From Marsupella aquatica (taxonomy: Eukaryota > Plantae > Marchantiophyta): a stretch of DNA of 64,000 nt. The stretch covers positions 1,913,324-1,977,323 of the forward strand of contig OZ316891.1 of assembly GCA_973895155.1 (NCBI GenBank), written 5' to 3'. The translations under genes and the position numbers were made by a program. This document shows positions 12,301 to 25,046 of this stretch, piece after piece (positions within the stretch are counted from its first letter, which is position 1; each line of letters starts with the position of its first letter). The notes under the pieces were generated by a model that did no database searches, was not told where the DNA came from, and saw nothing but the letters and a program-made list of their open reading frames with translations.

Positions 12301-13559
12301 CTTTTCCTCCTTCATCATTTCACAGGCCACTTAATTTACTAAGAAAGGGGTGTGATTTGTTTTCTAAAAACTTGCCTGCATTGTTGTTTCAATATAGAAT
12401 CCAATAAAACACCAGAGGGACCCCTTCCCAAGCACTTTTCTCAAGGTCCAATTGCCAGATTGTACTTGCATTACTCAACACCCTTTCCTGCACACAAGAT
12501 GCTGAGCAAGAGATGTAGCTCCCGATGTAGCTGTGTAAAAGATGACATTGCATAAAAAATTGATGGCATTATGCAAAGTATGTAAAATAAAAGAATTTGT
12601 TGCAAAACAGAAGTTGTGTTTAGGGTTCTTTTCTGAATAAAAGAGGTTGCAATAAAATATGATGTAATAAAATTGAGACATTGTTGCATAAAACATATAT
12701 TAGTAAATTAATCCAATTTTTTGATAATATGGCTATGATAAAATCCAAAGGATACTTTCTCATGGTTTGTGGGTGTGGAAGTATGATTGCTCATTTTGGC
12801 TGGTTGTTGTTCCCTAATTGTTATCATCTTAGATACAAACTGTTGTTATTGTTGGCTGTGAGGGAGGCTGAAGGTTATGAACGCAAAATGGATGCCGGTG
12901 GCCAGCTCATCTTGGAGTCTAAGCATGGGTGCAAGCACAACATGATGGAGTAATATTTTTTTGCTTTCTAGTTTTTTCAATGGATAAAAATCTATTTTTA
13001 GAAGTTCTTAGACTAATTTTTGTTTTGGTTTTAAATTTTTTCAGTTGATTTCTTTTAGATTAAGTATTTTTATTTTTATTTTGAATTTTTGAATTTTTGA
13101 ATTTTTGAAATTTTGAAATTTTTTTCTGAAACTTTTTGGTCTTTTTCAAGTAAAGCCCGCAAAAACCCACGAGAAGGGAGGCCAAAGCAGCCAAAACAAC
13201 AGCCAAAAAGGCCAAGCAACCAGGGCCAAGGTCCCAGTGAACAAACTAAGACAAGAGGCACAGGGCACATGTGATTTTTAAGGGTGACCAAACCTAAGGT
13301 GGGACTGTCAAATGTCTAGAAGCCATGTAAGTCACTAGACCCCAGACCGGTCTGCAGTGAAAGGCCACTACCTTCTAAAAAGCCGCCATCTAGAAGGTGC
13401 TCAGCTAAAAGCAAAAACAATAGTCAAATAAACAGTTCTAAAGAGCCAAAGCACACCTCATAGCCTAAAAGAGCCGCTGCTGGCCCAAGGTAAGAGCCCA
13501 ATAAAAGCAGAACACTGAGTCACCATGTCACAAAGGCATCCTTCCTACCTAGACACCTC

Positions 13560-14000
13560 CTTCTCTCAATGGTCATCGCATCCTTGGCCAGGAGGAGCCG
13601 CGAGTACTTGCGGCCAGGGCCAAAGTATCACACAGCCCATGAATGTTGTCAGCCATTTCAGATAGGACTAGATTTAAATGAAAGGATGTCTTTTGAGGGG
13701 GTTGAAAAGCAGTTCATTTCCATAGTGCCCACAGGACCTGATACACAGTGAAGGCCACAATTGTGTGCATGTAGCGGGGGCCTTTGAAAGAGCCGAGCAG
13801 CTCTATAATGTCTGCTAGAGGCCAAAGGATAATACCAGGGAAAGACTGGAACGCCAAACTCCAGCATTTACTAGCAAATTGAAACTCAAAGAAAAGGTGA
13901 AGGATGGACTCCAGTTCCGTAGGGCAGATTAGTATGAAGGGCCGGGGTTGTCCCTCTTTCTCTCGATCATTTTGTAAGGACCATAAAAATAATTTTGACA
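13560..14000 (-). mobile_element. Non-LTR retrotransposon (LINE) ORF2 C-terminal fragment
   Basis: ICPTELESILHLFFEFQFASKCW resembles zf-RVT (C..ES..HLFF.C.FA...W); it is followed by VLWALWK*NELLF, resembling W.IWKERN...F. Confidence 0.65.
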
Positions 14001-17000
14001 TCACTTCCAATGTCTCACATTGTTTTTTGTGTGATCAGGCACATGATCTCTTGGAAAAAATGATCTTTGACTTGGACAATATTATACTCTGAACTGACCT
14101 CCAATTTATAACAATGTTTTGTGTACGTGACTGATTTGCACTAAATTAATTAGTCACAACAAAACAACTTCTAACACTTCCAGATTGCTAACTTTTGTTT
14201 TGTTTTATAAATTAAAATGTACTTTGGAGTGCAAGGTGGTGAGGCTCTGTACTAAAATCTGCATTATTTCTGTGATACTCCACTAAGGCCTGATTGGACG
14301 TGACTGGCTAGATTGCCCAAGATACCTTTGGGAGATAGTGCAAAACAAAATTGACCAAGAAAGTCAAACAAATAAAAGTACAATACTGTATCGCAGCAGG
14401 TGTTGTCACTAATCACATCATGTTCAATCTTTCAATTCAAGGAGGATTTTGCAAAGGCAACTAAATACTCCAGCTTGAATCCAACTTAATTGCTATAATA
14501 TTTGTATCGCTTGGAAATGCTCTCTACCTAGCCTATGAAATTGGTTAGTATACATGGTACCATACATGGTAATACTTTGATCAAAAATAGTATTATCAAG
14601 TATGTCAATGTTGGCATTATCATTAAATGTTTTGTTGAGCTCATTTTTACTTTGTTTAGAGAAGCAGTTCAACCGTCATTCAATATTGTAGGAGTTGAAT
14701 GATTTCGAGAATGATTGTGCATGGACCAAAAATATTAAAATGAAAATGTGTTCTAATTAACCTTTTATGCAAAGATGTAATTGAGTCTGTACTCCAGTCT
14801 GTAACACCAACACTCCATGGTTGGATCTTATTAACAACTTCACAAACCATCCTCAAACCATCCAACATCACTAGCGAGATCACTAGATTGACATTTTATT
14901 GACTAAGATTAAACCAATCATCGGTTTGCAACTTTGTATCAAAATGACTTGTCATGCATTAGTGTCCCGATTAGTGTAAAATGTAAAGTAACAAAGATAT
15001 TGGCCTTGCATGTTTCATTCCTTCTTCAATCTGTTCTGGGTACTCTACTTATGATATCAAGGTTTAGATTGCATTTGTAGCTCCATAGATTACTTTAATA
15101 ATTACAACTTTTCATTAGAGTATAATATTTAATGGACACCATCAACATTTCATGGGGCTCATACTGAGCTTCCAAATGATTTCAAATATGAATTATGAGT
15201 ATTTATATATTTATACCTAAGTTTTTACAAAGCATTTCTTAGATCAGTCTTTGTAATGCAAACAACAATATTATCATTGCAATGTTTGTTCCTTCATGTG
15301 TTTTGGGTAATCCTAGTCGACCTGTTGAAGCTAGGATATATACTTAATAGCTAACTATTTTGAGTACAATGTATTTTCTGACTAATAACAATTTCTCAAA
15401 AAAGAATACAATTGCAAGGTTAACATTACAATTTAATGAGGCCCTCCATGGCCAGCTTCAAACAAGTTCAAACATCAATACATTAGGAGCTTTATTCACT
15501 AAGTTACAGTTGTTCTTCGGTTTTGAACTTTCTATAAATACATGGATATATAACCCGATGGATAATTAGTTCTCAATATTTGAATTGTAATGCAAAAATC
15601 AATTATACTATATAATTGCACTAGAATTCTTATGTTTTGGGTACTTTTAGTCTGTTCTTGGGGATACTTGAAATAAATGTGTTAGTACCCATTGTGAATG
15701 CAATGTATTATCTACATTATAGCCTTTAGTTTTTCTCATAAGTGACACATCACTTGTGACAAAGTATATGTCTGTATTTAAATGAGTCTGGCAAAAAACT
15801 TCCAAAGTTTTGTGGAAGTCAGAACAAATAGGGTATGTTTTATAGATTGGTCAACTTCAAAGAACAAATACTTAGGCCTATTTAATTGAAAAAACACTCC
15901 TTTAAAGGATTTTTTCACTAAAAAATCTCATAAAAAATAGTATAATTTAAAGAAAGAATTGGTGTTGCAATAAACAATTCACTAAAGCATCGCATGTGAT
16001 GTATGGCACTCCATCTAGTGACCCCCCCTGGAACTTTTATATACAATTGGGACAGGAATTGAGAAGTTAACAGCATGTTATCTGAAATATTTGGTCAGCT
16101 TTAAAATGAGTTCAATCAAACATCAATAGTTTTTGAGTTTTATTCACTATATAAGTTACAACCATTCTTCTAGGTTTGCAAGTTCTTGCTATAAAACATG
16201 GCTAGTAACTATCAATATTTGTAATAAATGCAAACAACAATACTTGTGTTGCAGTCACTTTGCATTCCTTCTTTAATTTGGTTGGGTACTTCTGGCATAT
16301 TAATTTTGTTGGGGATGAAATCCATTCTAGGTACCCATTTTCAGCATAATATCTTATCATTCTAGATTATAACCTTTTATCCAAAAATTAATACTATATA
16401 TGAAGTATTGCTCCAACATTCCAAATTAAATGAATCAATTTAAACCATTTTGAAAGAAAACCTACACGTACCCTAAATACTGAAATGAATACAAGATACA
16501 ATATTGATATTGTTGTTTGTATTAAAAATAATAATCTCCACCTTTGGTTGCAAAACTTGGTGCTACTCTCTTCTTCTCCCTCTTGAATAATCCTTTAGAT
16601 CTTGTCACATGTAATGGGGGGGCCTCTATATATAGTCAGACCCGGAGAATGTGCCCAGAGGTTCTGGCATCATTGTTCAATTCGAGATGAAAATATGAGA
16701 GCCTAAAGACAATATCAATCACTCAATCTATTAACGCTCTTTGCAATTATACTTGTGTTGCTATTTGCTTTTGATACAATTTGCTTGCAATTTGATTTTG
16801 AATATCACTCATTGTTCGAATTGGGTTGTTGAAAACAAGATAAGTAGTCAAGATCTTGTTTAGTCTGAAAACATCAGAGGTTGAAATGATCTTTCGCTAG
16901 CACTTCGATACTTAATTTCAACTGTAAAGCACGGCCTTGCCTCTATGTGTTTAGGCCGTTTTGAGTTTTTTCTGGAGTGCAAATTCAATCCGGATTCCCG

Positions 17001-17329
17001 GGCATTGGCTCGCCCTCCAATATGGAAAACCAAAGTGGTATAATACTTCGTGTGATGAGGAACTTGAAATTGATGTTGATAACGTTGTTCAGTGGTTCCG
17101 AGAACACTCTGGCCGGGGAGAATTACCGCCACCGCCTCTAGGTCACCAGATGAAATACACCTGTCCAATACTAACCATGATATGCTTTGACTTGTCTTGT
17201 GGAGAAAATTAACCATTTGTGAGAAATTAATACATGGCGGTAATAAACCATTACACTTATTATCAATGTCGATCTATGGCAGTTTTTGATCATCCAGCTG
17301 TCACTTACCTTCAGCGTGTAGCTAGTCAT

Positions 17330-17542
17330 ATGTAAGTACACTTGGCCAATCCCTGAGTTCCTCAGAATTCACTAGTCATTCGCGCGTCGTTCTGATTTCC
17401 TTATTTCAGCGCTGGTCACTCGTCATGTGTAAGTATATGTAAGTACCCTTGGCCAATCCCTGAGTTACTCAGAATTCACTAGTCATTCGCGCGTCCTTCT
17501 GAGTTCCTTATTTCTGCGCTGGTCACTCGTCATGTGTAAGTA
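17330..17542. repeat. Near-perfect tandem duplication (about 108 bp x2) upstream of the ARI gene
   Basis: TGTAAGTA..CTTGGCCAATCCCTGAG...GGTCACTCGTCATGTGTAAGTA occurs twice. Confidence 0.9.
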
Positions 17543-17766
17543 CTCACGTACTAATATCCTTGGTAGCTCACACACACTGGTGGTCCTCCTGGAGTTTGGG
17601 CCCTTCTGGAGCCTATTTAAGCCAAAGCAAGCCCGTCAAAACTTCACATGGTGATCGGGAATTAATTCCAAGCTGTTGAAGAATCTTCCTTCGCTGATAG
17701 TTTATCCACTAGTCCTGCGGCGTTGTTGGCAAGTGTCAGGATTAGGGCACTTATCCTTTTAAGCAA

Positions 17767-19245
17767 ATGGAGGATCCTCTCGATTGGGCATCGGATGGAG
17801 AAGACGACCTCCTCTATGACAGTGAAGAAGATGGCGACATCCTCTATGAGAGTGAAGAAGATGACTGGTGTGAGAATGACAAGAACAATGAGCAGTCAGG
17901 CTATGAAATCCTAAGTCAGGGGTACATCCAGCAGCGCCAGGAAGACGTGGTTTCTACGGTCACCAGGATCCTACCATTCTCGAGGCCTGAAGCTGTTGTT
18001 CTTTTGCAAAATTTGGATTGGAGGGTCAGTAACGTGCTTGAGGAATGGGCTGCAGATGACTACGGAATTCGCGAATTTGTGGGGCTTGTCCAATCCCATC
18101 CACAACAGGAAGAGGAAAGGAGATCTCTTCCAGACATGACATGCGGAATCTGCTACGAGTCGCACAATTTGGAGCGAATGAAATCGGCCGCGTCGTGTAG
18201 ACATTTCTTCTGCGACACATGCTGGACGTCATACATTCACACCTCCATTGAAGAAGGTCCAGACTGTTTAACTCTGCGCTGCGCTGATCCGTCCTGCAGC
18301 GCTGCTATCATGGAAGACATGGTTCTGTCGTTGGTCTCACAAAAGGACGGAGCCAAGTATGCAAAATTTCGGCTAAGAGCGTTCGTGGAAAGCAGAATAA
18401 CGGCCAAGTGGTGCCCGGGTCCGGGGTGCGAGTATGTTGTGGATCGTAAGCATCGTGCTGAGTCGTTGTCCATTCTGTGCAAGTGCTCCCACAAATTCTG
18501 CTGGAATTGTTTGCAGGAGGCTCACCGGCCTGCAGATTGTGAGACTGTTGCAAAGTGGGTTCTGAGATCTGGTTCAGAATCCGAAAACTTGACCTGGATT
18601 CTAGAGAACTCCAAGGCTTGTCCCAAGTGTCAGCGACGGATAGAAAAGAATGAGGGGTGCATCCATATGACCTGCCAGGCACCCTGCAGGTTTGAATTCT
18701 GCTGGTTCTGTCTTGGAGATTGGACGAGTCACGACGAAAGAATCGACGATTGTAATAATGACGCTGCCTTGAAACAGGGTCAGCTTGATGCAGCACAAGA
18801 ACGAAGAAACATGGCTAATGACTATAGTTACACGCATTTCTATGAACGCTGGGTTGCGACTGAGTCTTCCGGGACTAAAGCCCTTGAAGTTCTTCAGCAC
18901 GTGCAGTCCATGATAGTCGACAAGCAATGCCAAACTAAGTCCGAATTGGAATTCTTGAATAAAGCATGGCTGCAGATCGTCGAGTGTCTCCAAGTTCTGA
19001 AGTGGACGTATGCACATCGCTACTATCAACCTGACCATGATCAAATGTTGGAGTACTCGCAGGAGGCAGAAGCATTACTGGAGAGACTCCAGGAGTGCGC
19101 CCAAAAGGAGGTGCAACAATTTCTTGACGGTCAAGAGACTCAAACTAGTCTCAGCGAGGACCGTATTAAACTTGTAAAATTGACGACTTTAGCAGAAGAG
19201 CATTTTGAGCACTTTGTACAATACGTGGAGAATGGACGCGCGTGA
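17767..19245 (+). CDS. ARI: ARIADNE-family RBR E3 ubiquitin ligase, single exon, 492 aa
   Basis: Acidic N-terminus; RING1 CGIC...CRHFFCDTCW; IBR WCPGPGC...CKCSHKFCWNC..EAHRPADC; RING2 CPKC..RIEKNEGCIHMTC..C.FEFCWFC; Ariadne domain LKWTYA. Confidence 0.93.
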   Translation: MEDPLDWASDGEDDLLYDSEEDGDILYESEEDDWCENDKNNEQSGYEILSQGYIQQRQEDVVSTVTRILPFSRPEAVVLLQNLDWRVSNVLEEWAADDYGIREFVGLVQSHPQQEEERRSLPDMTCGICYESHNLERMKSAASCRHFFCDTCWTSYIHTSIEEGPDCLTLRCADPSCSAAIMEDMVLSLVSQKDGAKYAKFRLRAFVESRITAKWCPGPGCEYVVDRKHRAESLSILCKCSHKFCWNCLQEAHRPADCETVAKWVLRSGSESENLTWILENSKACPKCQRRIEKNEGCIHMTCQAPCRFEFCWFCLGDWTSHDERIDDCNNDAALKQGQLDAAQERRNMANDYSYTHFYERWVATESSGTKALEVLQHVQSMIVDKQCQTKSELEFLNKAWLQIVECLQVLKWTYAHRYYQPDHDQMLEYSQEAEALLERLQECAQKEVQQFLDGQETQTSLSEDRIKLVKLTTLAEEHFEHFVQYVENGRA

Positions 19246-22200
19246 GCAGATATACGGAAAAAGTTGAAACGAATGTCACAGCTTGTACACGAATGTACAT
19301 TTTGGCTCTGAGTATGACTCTGCTATACATTTTGGCAACGTGTACACGAATGTAAAGCTTGTACACGAACGCTTGAGATTCGAATGCCACAGCTTTGTCC
19401 ATCGATCTTGATCGAGCTCGAGCTCGAGCTTCTTAGGTTTCACAAGCAGGCTCATGAGATGTATAGCAAAGTTAAGAGGACGACACTACGTACTTGGCAG
19501 CGATGATAAGCTCTGCAGGAGCTAGTTTTGCATCCGTTGTCTTGCATCTACAGTAGAAAACTGCTGGTTTTATTGATAGAATTGGAACAGATACAATTGC
19601 GAGAAAGTTGCGAGTCTGCGCGCTTGTATCGGCTGCCAGACCACATTTTGGTTTAGAGTATGGTTAAATATTACTCGTTCTCACAATTAGAGCCCACTCT
19701 GATCTCGTCCTGGTGAATACAAATAATCGTGCTTCAATTGATCTCTGATAAGCTTGAAAAGAGAGCGGTAGCAGTTTTGTATCGCTTATTATGCCACTGT
19801 TCCTTTGAGAATCGCGTGATGTCGTTGATTGTTCTACCTTTAAGAATGTGGAAGATTACAAGAAGCAGAACCCCCGCGTGGAATTATCCCATCTTTCCCA
19901 GCATGCTGCCACCTAGCCTGTGGCGTGCACATGCACTTCCTTTTAACCCACCTCCTTATTCCACTCAAGGAGAAATATGTCCCAGCACTGCTGTGAATTC
20001 ATTCATTAACGACGTGGTAGAAATTGTTGCCGCGACCTTGTGTCATCCACATTGACAGTGTTGCGTCTGTTGCGGGATTTAGGACTGCGTGTCTAGCTGT
20101 AGCGTAGCAAGAGATGACTAAATTCAACGAGATAGGTTGCAGCTGGGCAATGTCCGTTTGTGAAAGCTGTTACGAAGAAACCGTTATGGCCAAAAATCAT
20201 ATTCCGCTCGAGTAAACTGCACTCTTCGAAGCTCTGTCTTTCGGTCGACCCGTGGTTATCTAGGGTTTAAGTAAGTGATTCAACTTGTTCCAAATTTGCG
20301 GGCTCTGAACCATGTATTCCGATATATAGTTTGGGAGATTTGTGCAGGAGTTCGGAGTTCATTTAGACGTTAGTTTACATATTGCATGCCATTGGAAGGG
20401 AGGGTATCGGTACTATAGCTATCCTTTTAACTCGAGTATCCCAAATCTTTCAGATTTCTCCACTTTCACCTGCAGAGATTCAAAAAGGCTTCTCTGCTCT
20501 GAGTCTAGCTTCCGTGGTGTACTTATAGTCTGGTTGTGTACAATCGTATATACTGCAGCCAAGTACGTAGTCTTGCAAGAGATGACAGGAAGGCACTTGG
20601 AGTAAGTGTGCATACTGCCCACGATTAAAGAAGTATTTTCTGGATGTACATGAAATGGTAAATCGCCTAATTAGGATCGGAGGATGTTTTTACTTTAGTT
20701 GTCCTCAGGGAAAACCAAAAATTCTCAATGACTCGAGATTTAACATAGCTTTAATTTCTGGAACCACATATATACATACTCTATAATGGAATATAGCTTG
20801 AATTTTTGGAATTTTGGAACGTATAGCCAGGCTCGCTCATATGACTCCATAATCGAGCTGCCGCAGAAACTCTCAGGTAGAGCTTTGTGTGAGGTCGTAG
20901 AAACAATGGATCAGCATATGTGGGTGCCTAGCTGTTCCGTTGCTTGATCGTCTAAGAGGCATGCAGTAGCTTATCGAACAAGCTGATGTTTTGGAATTAC
21001 TAAACACATATAGTGTCCTATGTAGATTCTTTGTCCAGAGGCAACTTAAAACCGTCCCTCTCAAGTCTATCAAATGCTACCTAAAGTGCCTCTGGGCCCG
21101 TCATACCAGTCCCTGAAAACTGAGCTTGTGCATTGACTTCTCTCAAGGATGCATTATAGATTATTCGCTATGCCCCATGCATCCTTCAATAGACTTGAAA
21201 AGTAGTCCCTAAGATGGACGACTGGCTTGGGGAGTACTGTATCAGCCTCAGACTGCGATCATAAGCACGTAATCACTTTCCTCTAATACGGAATATCAAT
21301 ATCAGGACCTTCCAGTGGGGGTATTTCTCGCGAAATTTCGCAACACTACGCAACACTCGTTACGCGCGTGTAACTAAGTGACGCACCATCCAGATGCTTA
21401 TGCTCAAAGCTTCACCGTTTCATCCGTCTGAACTTGATTCTTGACCAAATATTGGCACTGAGACGATGGGGATCATATCCGTTGTCAAGGGGAACCCCTC
21501 AAAATGTACCCAAATTTGAAGACCTATGACTATGCCTGTCTAATGAGTACCACATGAAAAGCCAAATTCTTCACGGCATAGCCGGTCATACACTAAGGAA
21601 GCAAAATTCATATGACTGTACAAGGAAGAACCTAGTGTTGCACTGTCACCTTTAATTTAAAATAAAACGGGAAGAACCGTACCTAGTTTTCAACGTAAGA
21701 ATTCTAGGTTAAGAAGAATTTAGGCCGAGTGCACAACATACTACAATCCCATTCTCCAATCTTGAAAAGTTTGCAATACACACAAAAGAGTTGGTTACCC
21801 TTTGCATCAGGAAAAACTCATCCAATTAGCGTTCCACCATGAAATCAGATCCAGCAGCTAATAGGGATTCATGTGACAGAGGATTGTGCTTGATGACAGC
21901 CGGGATGACAGCATAATTGGAGTAGTAAAGCCAATATTTCACTGTAACTGCTAAGTATTGGGATAATCAATCAACCAAGTGGTTTACATTTTAGATTTTT
22001 TACTATTATGAAAAAAAAGCATAGTATTGTGAGGAAATTAGTGGTCTTTTACTTCCATGAGAAAAATGTATGATTGGTATTGTGAGTAATTGTTTTACTG
22101 TTTGCTTCACCTTTATTACAACTACCCGCTCTGGCAAGCATTGACTACAAAGGATAACATCATGAAATTTGGCAATTTTGGAAGTTCTTAGAATGAAGGA

Positions 22201-22551
22201 GCTGTCACCGGATCTAACTGTCCCGATGAGATCTAGAAACTAAGATCAAATGGCCAATACTCAATGACATCCGTCAATATGAAAGTCTGAAAGTCCCCAC
22301 TTATCTCCTTCCTTTTAAAACCCCTCTGTAGATTTTCATGTCTATTTTCAAGTTATCTCAAGTAAAATGAGCCAAAGTTTTCTAACCTGAAATCTAATCC
22401 AGACTGCACTTAAGTTTGGATACTAGAAAAAGTCAACTAGTCGGAGCAAAATGGGACTAGAGTTGTAGTGAAGCCCATTTGAGTGGAACATATCTACAGT
22501 GCATGGCCATAAAGACAAAATTTTGGATCCCCTCTAGATGTGGTCTAATCC

Positions 22552-22860
22552 TGTTGGGGATAATTCTTATCCCGAGACACCATGCACATGTGAACACCAT
22601 ACAAAGTAGTCAACACAGCAAGTACCTGGTTCACCTCATGATCGAGGCTACGTCCACGAGAAAACAATAGACCTTTACTTCTCTCTTGCTCAACTTTAAC
22701 AATGAACTGAAGATCCACCAGGAACTGGCATCAGCCCTGACTATATACACAACAACACTATTGCTAACCTTAGCTAAGTCTTAACCTGAGTTAGTCTAAC
22801 TGTGGTTAACTCAAGAGTCACAAGACTAAGAGCAATATCTAACAAACCCCTCAGTGCAAA
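22552..22860 (-). mobile_element. Copia-like 3' LTR with adjacent polypurine tract (remnant)
   Basis: TGTT...AACA ends (22552-22844). Internal GGTTCACC...CTACGTCCAC motif, typical of reversed Copia LTRs. The - strand reads GCACTGAGGGGTT immediately before the LTR. Confidence 0.45.
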
Positions 22861-24764
22861 ATTCCCAAGTTGTAAGCTTACTAGATGGAAAACCCAATGC
22901 CAACTAGGATTGAGATAGGATTGCAATGGGTTTTGCCCAATGAGTCCTGAAGTTCCTCCCTCTAGTTGTAAAGTTTAACACTTTGTAATGGACAGATCAG
23001 ATCCAATTAACCACAACTTGCCCTATATAAGGGGAAGTGTCCAAGACCTCTCCCTTTCTTTCACATTCCATCACTCTTCTCCTCTAGCATGCCAGTTTGC
23101 TTCACAAGGAAAACTCTTCATTTAATGGTAACTAAGGGCAACCCGTAGCTTAATTTTGAAGGGCAGTTGTGATTTAATGGAAACACAAACTTCCCCCCTT
23201 ATCTAAACTGCACTTTTTCTATACACATAAGTCATTAAAATCAAAAGGCTAGATCTGGTTTCTATGGGTGGCCAAAATTCACCAAATTCCATCTCCACCA
23301 AGTTAGCCACTCTTTGGGGTCTTTATTAGCCAGTTTCCCACCAAATCACAGGTCCATTAGCTACAATCTGATGGTTCTCCTTTAAATCTTGGGAGATCTA
23401 ACTGTCAGGGAAAAACCTAATAAATTTACATAAATAATATTCTTAGCATCTCCACAAGAACACCATTTCCAAACAGCGAACTTAAAAACTATTTCTAAAT
23501 TACCCTATGCTGGCCCCACATCCTTGGTGAGCAAGGCAAGTTATTCGTCGTTCTGCACTTGTCACTCTTTTATACACTACCCTTCGAGCGACGGCTGCGA
23601 TCGTTGTAATTAATCTATACGCAATCTGCTGCACAACGCCCGCACTCCTTGTGATCATTTACGGGCCACATAATCTAATCTGCCTGAGTAGAAGTGATTG
23701 ATGCACGTCGAGATCGCCGGAAGAGTGGTTTGGTCCTGTTGCTCCTGTACATGTCGGTGGGAACCTTTGCATTACTCCTCTGATTTCGTTGGAGTCATTT
23801 CGTTGAACACGTTTTCGAGATCTGACGTTGAATTTGAGCCTCGGTGAGTTATCGGTGCCGACAGTGAATGTCGAAGTCGTACTCGTGTGATAAGGAAATT
23901 GAGATCTTCCTTTGGAGCTTACTTGCGAAGTGTGAGGTGTCGAATTTGGTGCAGTAGAGACCTTGTTTATTTTCCTCTTGCTCTTCGCTCTGGTTCATGC
24001 ACATTCTCGTTACCCGGGCAGAACTGTCAGTGGAACGGATCTGAAGTTCGGCTAGGTGATCTTGGATGTTCAGTTGATTGCCTGGTCTTTTGGGTTCACT
24101 TTGATTTTTGTTTGTCAGTTGGGAAGTTTTGTCTTGTGGGTGTCCTGTCCAATCTAAGCTTGGATCTACAGGTCTGATTTTCGTTTGGAGGTCCTCTGTT
24201 TCCATCTGGTAACTACCAGCTGCGCTTCGTCTGTCGATTTGTTGAGCTTTTCTTCATTTCCGTTTTCTGTTGTTCATTATCGTCTCGTGGGTCTTTAATC
24301 TCCGGTAGGTCACTTGTATGTCTGCCTGATATCGCGTCCCCTGACTGGCTTGGTGACTGGGAAAATATGGAAGACTATCGAATCTCTGCCCACATGGGAG
24401 CCTTGTCGTCGTTCCTGCACTCCCGGTTGTACGTTATTTTAGTTTCATGAAGTGTCTACTCGAGAGTTTCGTTACAGTGTTTTGAGTTGTTATTTTGGAA
24501 TTCTGAATGTTGTTAGTGTCGAATTCCCTCTCTGCTGTGTGAGGACCTTCTCTTTCTGACCTGATTGAAAACTTCGACAACATGGGAGCTCGAGAAGGAA
24601 AGGGGAAGCTTTCTATGCCCTTACTAACATCTTGTTCGGATATGTTTTATTGTTGTGTTCAGGACTTGTTGATCACTGTAGCCTTTGTTTTGGGTGGTGG
24701 AGAAGGAAGAAGTTGTGAGCTGTTGGCGGAAGCCCGAGCTTGTTGAGGGAGATTTTTGACAATC

Positions 24765-25046
24765 ATGTCGCACCCACCGCACCATGGAGCACCGCATCAC
24801 CATCCTCCCCCTCCCCCTCATCACGTTCCACCTCCTCATGTGCATCATGCTCCACCTCCAGTTCCCTTTGTGAGTGGGCACTTTCCCCCCCCTCATCACA
24901 CCCACGTTCCCCCACCTCATTATGGCCATCCTGGTCCCGTGCATTCTGGCCCCGTGCATCACGACCCGCACCACCCTCCAGGCCCCGTCCATCATGACCC
25001 CCATCACCATCCGGGTCCCGTGCATGACCACCAACATCGCCACTGA
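24765..25046 (+). CDS. Small His/Pro-rich protein (93 aa)
   Basis: GC-rich ORF starting MSHPPHHG. Flanked by spliced-gene signals: donor GTGAGT at about 23844, acceptor TTCAG at 24662, and a 3'UTR intron at 25067-25496. Confidence 0.7.
   Translation: MSHPPHHGAPHHHPPPPPHHVPPPHVHHAPPPVPFVSGHFPPPHHTHVPPPHYGHPGPVHSGPVHHDPHHPPGPVHHDPHHHPGPVHDHQHRH

Noticed and set aside
14400-16500. AT-rich region with faint recurring blocks (AATGCAAACAACAATA at about 15255 and 16227)
   Set aside because: Too degenerate to define a unit or family without alignment
16961-17212. Protein-like 83-aa ORF upstream of ARI
   Set aside because: Non-ATG start and no recognisable family
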